A stretch of DNA of 38,785 bases, taken from IMG/VR virus record IMGVR_UViG_3300022177_000034, positions 1 to 38,785 of that record; one strand, written 5' to 3'. The notes below the pieces were generated by a model. The model was not told the DNA's origin. It did not search any database and saw nothing but the letters and a program-made list of their open reading frames with translations. This DNA comes from a virus. Taxonomy: Duplodnaviria > Caudoviricetes. Made by a program: the position numbers and the translations under genes. Shown here in pieces: positions 35,402 through 38,785 of this stretch. Positions within the stretch are counted from its first letter, which is position 1. Every line of letters begins with the position of its first letter.

Positions 35402-36133
35402 ATGCTGTTTGCGGCCGAAAGCGACCAGACGGTTATAGATGAAAACCTGGCCAACTCGTCTGTTATCATGCAGGAGTTCTCGCATATTTACGAAGGAACT
35501 GCATTTGACGGAAAAAATGGAGCTGGCGTAGCTGAATATGACTCTGCCGGCTATGATCATGCCGTGAGGTTCAAGGCTGATGCATCGGCTGCTATCGCCA
35601 GGGTTGCATTTGAAATTATCAAACATGGACAGGGTGCAGATCTCCTGCTGGAACTCCGGGAGGGATTCAATCCGGACGGATCAGCATTGGGATCGCTGCT
35701 GAGGTACATGGTCCTTCCGCAAGAATTTATGCCGGCGGTCAAAACATCATTCAGTATCCCCTTGGATATTTCTGATCTAGTTAATGGGGCCTACTACTGG
35801 CTGATCGTGAAAAAGGGCGGGGATGCGGACAACCATTTTCACATGCACGGGGAAACCATCCAGGACTCTTTATACCCGACCTATAAAAGGGCGGGTGACA
35901 GCGGTGTGTGGACAGCGGAAAATGCTATCCACTTCAGCGTATATAACGGGGAGACCGGTAATTTGCTGCATGGCATCTACGGCTACAACGCTGTTACCTG
36001 GCTCGTTTGGGATGGCGATCTAATCTCCAAGGCGTACCGGTACTTGCCTCCTGCTTCCGGTTTTACCGGTGGGGTCAGGCAGATCAAGATCTATCAGTGG
36101 TCAGGTGAGATTTTGAAGCGGGGGGTGGTGTAA
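35402..36133 (+). CDS. Hypothetical tail-tip protein (beta-sandwich-like)
   Basis: RBS AGGGGG; GAYYWLIV motif; coupled to next ORF. Confidence 0.55.
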   Translation: MLFAAESDQTVIDENLANSSVIMQEFSHIYEGTAFDGKNGAGVAEYDSAGYDHAVRFKADASAAIARVAFEIIKHGQGADLLLELREGFNPDGSALGSLLRYMVLPQEFMPAVKTSFSIPLDISDLVNGAYYWLIVKKGGDADNHFHMHGETIQDSLYPTYKRAGDSGVWTAENAIHFSVYNGETGNLLHGIYGYNAVTWLVWDGDLISKAYRYLPPASGFTGGVRQIKIYQWSGEILKRGVV

Positions 36134-36663
36134 TGTTTGGTTCAGAAGAAATACTGGCCTTTATCCGCAGGCAGGTCGGAGTTAGAACCGATGCCGATGA
36201 TTCGGCGGGTAGCCTGCATGCCAAAATCGGCAACCTGAAAGATGTTTTGCAAAATTATATAAAGAACTATACCATCATGCAATTAAGCACTATATCCTCA
36301 AACACCGGCAACTGGAGCAGTACTGAGCAAAGCGTGACTATCACTTATAACGGTGCAGGTATTCTGAGGAATATCTATATTCAAGCCAACGGTTCCTCCT
36401 CATGGACCAGCAGATGTCGGGCAACTGTTGCCATAGATGGTGAGCCTTTACCTTATTTCGGTTCTGTCCTTGGCAGTTTAACCTGGACCACCTCATCTGC
36501 TTTTTATATACATTCCGATTCGCTGGGAAGGCTGAATGCTGTTGATGGCAAAACCAACTTGGACATCCCCTTTCGTTCTTCTATATCGGTGACTATATAT
36601 TTTTCTGTTACCAGCGGAGGTGGTGGGTCTATGATCGGCAATCTGGAAATCTGTAAATATTAG
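36133..36663 (+). CDS. Putative receptor-binding/fibre protein
   Basis: N-terminal GSLHAKI helical segment, Ser/Thr-rich beta C-terminus. Confidence 0.45.
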   Translation: MFGSEEILAFIRRQVGVRTDADDSAGSLHAKIGNLKDVLQNYIKNYTIMQLSTISSNTGNWSSTEQSVTITYNGAGILRNIYIQANGSSSWTSRCRATVAIDGEPLPYFGSVLGSLTWTTSSAFYIHSDSLGRLNAVDGKTNLDIPFRSSISVTIYFSVTSGGGGSMIGNLEICKY

Positions 36664-36678
36664 GCGAAGGGGGTTAAG

Positions 36679-37107
36679 ATGTCGATGTTTTTGGTATATA
36701 ACAAGGCTGATGGTTTAGTAGTCCAAGCATCTGAGAATGAACCGATGCTGACTAAAGACCAGGATGTGGTCTTTGCCCATGACCCTGAACTCAATTTATC
36801 CAATTATGAAGCTATACGGGTTGTAGCCAAAGAAGGCTGTCACTTGGAGATAAAACCAAATGCCGGATGGCAAAACCGAGTAATGGGCAGCAATAATATC
36901 ACGCTGGATGAAAAAGTTGCCCGGCTAGAACATTACAACCTGGTACTGATGGAGGGTGTGGCCAAGCTCTCGGAAGCAACTCCCGGCGCAGTTAGCCCAG
37001 AGTTGATGGCTGAATTGGTGCTGGCCGGAAAAAGAACGATTGATAAGGTGCCACCTGATATCAAGGAGGATGTGTCTAACAGGATTAAGGCTGCCAGCGA
37101 TTTATAG
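36679..37107 (+). CDS. Putative tail fibre chaperone-like protein
   Basis: Last tail gene; C-terminal AELVLAGKRTIDKVP motif. Confidence 0.45.
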   Translation: MSMFLVYNKADGLVVQASENEPMLTKDQDVVFAHDPELNLSNYEAIRVVAKEGCHLEIKPNAGWQNRVMGSNNITLDEKVARLEHYNLVLMEGVAKLSEATPGAVSPELMAELVLAGKRTIDKVPPDIKEDVSNRIKAASDL

Positions 37108-37130
37108 GCAGCTTACAATAGACTACGGAA

Positions 37131-37152
37131 TGGGCCTTAGGCTCTTTTTTTT
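37131..37152 (+). terminator. Intrinsic terminator
   Basis: GGGCC-TTA-GGCTC followed by a T run. Confidence 0.5.
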
Positions 37153-37201
37153 ATGGCCAAAATCACCGGGGGTAAATCAGATATGGAAAGGGGAGTGAGG
37201 G

Positions 37202-37483
37202 ATGGACAATCTAGCGCTGCTGGGAGCCATAGGGACAGTATGCTCGGTTGCCTTTGGGTACGTTGGGTACCAGCAAGGGATAAAAAATGCTTGTAAAGAT
37301 GAAGGCCAAGAAAGTGGAGAACTGAAAGCAGACATCAAATACATCAAGAGCGGGATCGACGACATTAAGATCGATCTTAAAGTTCAGGAAAAAAGAGTAA
37401 ATGAACTTTCCGAGCGGGTAACCAGGGTAGAAGAGTCCACCCGGCAAGCCCATAAGCGCATTGATGAGATCAAGGACAGTTAG
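37202..37483 (+). CDS. Membrane-anchored coiled-coil lysis-associated protein
   Basis: One N-terminal TM; RVTRVEESTRQAHKRID. Confidence 0.6.
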   Translation: MDNLALLGAIGTVCSVAFGYVGYQQGIKNACKDEGQESGELKADIKYIKSGIDDIKIDLKVQEKRVNELSERVTRVEESTRQAHKRIDEIKDS

Positions 37484-37491
37484 GAGGCAGC

Positions 37492-37752
37492 ATGACTTTC
37501 TCAAAATTTATCGTCACTTTGTTACTCATTAACGGCATCATCTGGACCTACTTGTCTTATTATCTGGCCTATCTGGGGAGAGACCAAATAGCGGAGACGT
37601 TAAGTTCCGCCGTATTGGTTCAAATCCTGGGTGTGGTGGTCGTGTATTCGGCTAAGGCGCTGTTTGAAAACCTGAGCAAAAACAACAACTGGCCGGATAA
37701 GACAGCTAAGACCGTAAAGAAGGAGGAGGTTACCACTTATGAGCAGCCCTAG
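37492..37752 (+). CDS. Holin-like two-TM protein
   Basis: Two hydrophobic helices, charged C-terminus; overlaps the lysin start. Confidence 0.55.
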   Translation: MTFSKFIVTLLLINGIIWTYLSYYLAYLGRDQIAETLSSAVLVQILGVVVVYSAKALFENLSKNNNWPDKTAKTVKKEEVTTYEQP

Positions 37753-38419
37753 TGTATATTTGTCGGCCTCATCCCAGGAAAACAATCTTGGAATTGACGG
37801 GGTTTCCGAGGAAGCCAGAATGAACGCACTGGTTCGTGATGTGGGTAATATCTTGACCAGTCGAGGTATAACCGTTTACTACAACGATCCAGCATGGAGT
37901 TTGTCGAAAATTGTGAACGACAGTAACGCCAAGAAACCAGATCTGCACATAGCAGTCCATACCAACGCCGGGGGCGGTACCGGCACCGAAACTTGGTGTT
38001 ATGGCATCTCGGGCACAAACAGCGCCGCCTTCGGATCCAAACTGCAAGCAGCCCTGGTCGGTACACTGGAACTCAGAGACAGGGGCATAAAAGACAGTTC
38101 GGTACCTGGGTTCAGATGGGCTGAGGTGGTCAATACCAATGCTACCTCGGTACTGACCGAGTTGTTCTTTCATGACAACGCGGAGGACATTGAGCGTTAT
38201 AACCAGAGGTACCAGCGGGTGGCTGCATCAATGGCGGACGCCATCTCCGAGTGGTTTAATCTATCAACTCCGAACCGGGTCCAGATCCTGGCCGGCGGGG
38301 CAACTATAGATGCGGTAATAATCGATAACAGATCTTATGCGCCGGTGCGCCAGCTGGCTGAAGCCCTGGGACACACAGTAGATTGGATCGAGAGTACCAG
38401 AACGGTGGTAGTGAGATAG
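37739..38419 (+). CDS. Endolysin, N-acetylmuramoyl-L-alanine amidase (Amidase_3) with C-terminal copper-amine-oxidase-N-like domain
   Basis: SEE, DLHIAVHTNA, GTETW, SVLTELFFHDN; YAPVRQLAEALGHTVDW. Confidence 0.85.
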   Translation: MSSPSVYLSASSQENNLGIDGVSEEARMNALVRDVGNILTSRGITVYYNDPAWSLSKIVNDSNAKKPDLHIAVHTNAGGGTGTETWCYGISGTNSAAFGSKLQAALVGTLELRDRGIKDSSVPGFRWAEVVNTNATSVLTELFFHDNAEDIERYNQRYQRVAASMADAISEWFNLSTPNRVQILAGGATIDAVIIDNRSYAPVRQLAEALGHTVDWIESTRTVVVR

Positions 38420-38440
38420 CATATAGAAAGGAAGGATAAG

Positions 38441-38626
38441 ATGAGACCATTTTTTGAAAGATTAAAGAGCCGTAAATTTCTAACCGCATTGGCCAGTGCG
38501 GTTTTTATTATTATCAATGAAGGGTTGGGAGCGCCAGTAAACCGTGAGGCATATGCTTGGATCTCCGGAACCATTATCGCCTTTATTTTGGGCGAAAGCT
38601 ATGTGGACGGCAAGGCAGCCGAATAG
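38441..38626 (+). CDS. Holin-like small membrane protein
   Basis: LKSRKFL, two TMs, YVDG. Confidence 0.6.
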   Translation: MRPFFERLKSRKFLTALASAVFIIINEGLGAPVNREAYAWISGTIIAFILGESYVDGKAAE

Positions 38627-38667
38627 AAAACAAAAATGAAAATACCTGTGATTTGGTCATGAAAGAT

Positions 38668-38710
38668 GGTCCGTGGAGCAAATCAATGCGCTCCACGGGC
38701 CTTTTTTTGT
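38668..38710 (+). terminator. Intrinsic terminator ending the late operon
   Basis: GGTCCGTGGAGC / GCTCCACGGGCC followed by TTTTTTT. Confidence 0.8.
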
Positions 38711-38715
38711 TTGAA

Positions 38716-38780
38716 ACCGTCCGATTATTACTCCTCCTGTGGCTTAAACCGAGGGCTTGTTGATTTGCCTTCGGAGGAGG
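38716..38780 (+). promoter_or_regulatory. Repeated promoter/hairpin element, copy 3
   Basis: ACCGTCCGA-N15-TGGCTTA, CCGAGGGC/GCCTTCGG stem, RBS GGAGGAGG for a gene beyond the window. Confidence 0.7.
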
Positions 38781-38785
38781 AATCG

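Larger units (their letters stand above)
1..38785 (+). mobile_element. Siphovirus-type prophage (both ends outside the window)
   Basis: Syntenic regulation-replication-packaging-head-tail-lysis modules. Confidence 0.93.

Noticed and set aside
34011-37107. Diversity-generating retroelement or invertible tail-fibre system
   Set aside because: No reverse transcriptase, invertase or template/variable repeat pair seen.

Overview
Near-complete temperate siphovirus prophage of a Bacillota (clostridial, Peptococcaceae-like by inference) host, almost entirely on the + strand. Gene order: a truncated ImmA/IrrE-like HTH regulator and an XRE-HTH cassette; a sigma70-region-4 regulator; replication (DUF2800 Cas4-like nuclease, DUF2815 SSB, family A DNA polymerase, HNH-AP2 endonuclease, BRO/KilAC antirepressor, VapE-like primase-helicase, VRR-NUC, SNF2, ArpU/RinA-like activator); packaging (HNH, P27 TerS, ParB-methyltransferase, amidoligase/GGCT cluster, TerL); HK97-type head; non-contractile tail; lysis. 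No integrase is visible in the window. Most notable observations: (1) a moron between head genes appears to encode a selenoprotein (in-frame UGA in a CC motif plus a SECIS-like hairpin); (2) a ~190-nt switch-like structured leader precedes the sigma-like gene; (3) a fixed-spacing promoter-plus-hairpin element occurs three times (2863, 7739, 38716), suggesting a phage-specific regulon; (4) a second repeated promoter-like element drives the amidoligase cluster; (5) an HNH insertion duplicated the 3' end of the polymerase gene; (6) TerL probably starts at AUA; (7) YkvA-TSUP fusion and toxin-antitoxin morons; (8) a -1 frameshift in the tail chaperone. Family names come from motif recognition, not database searches.
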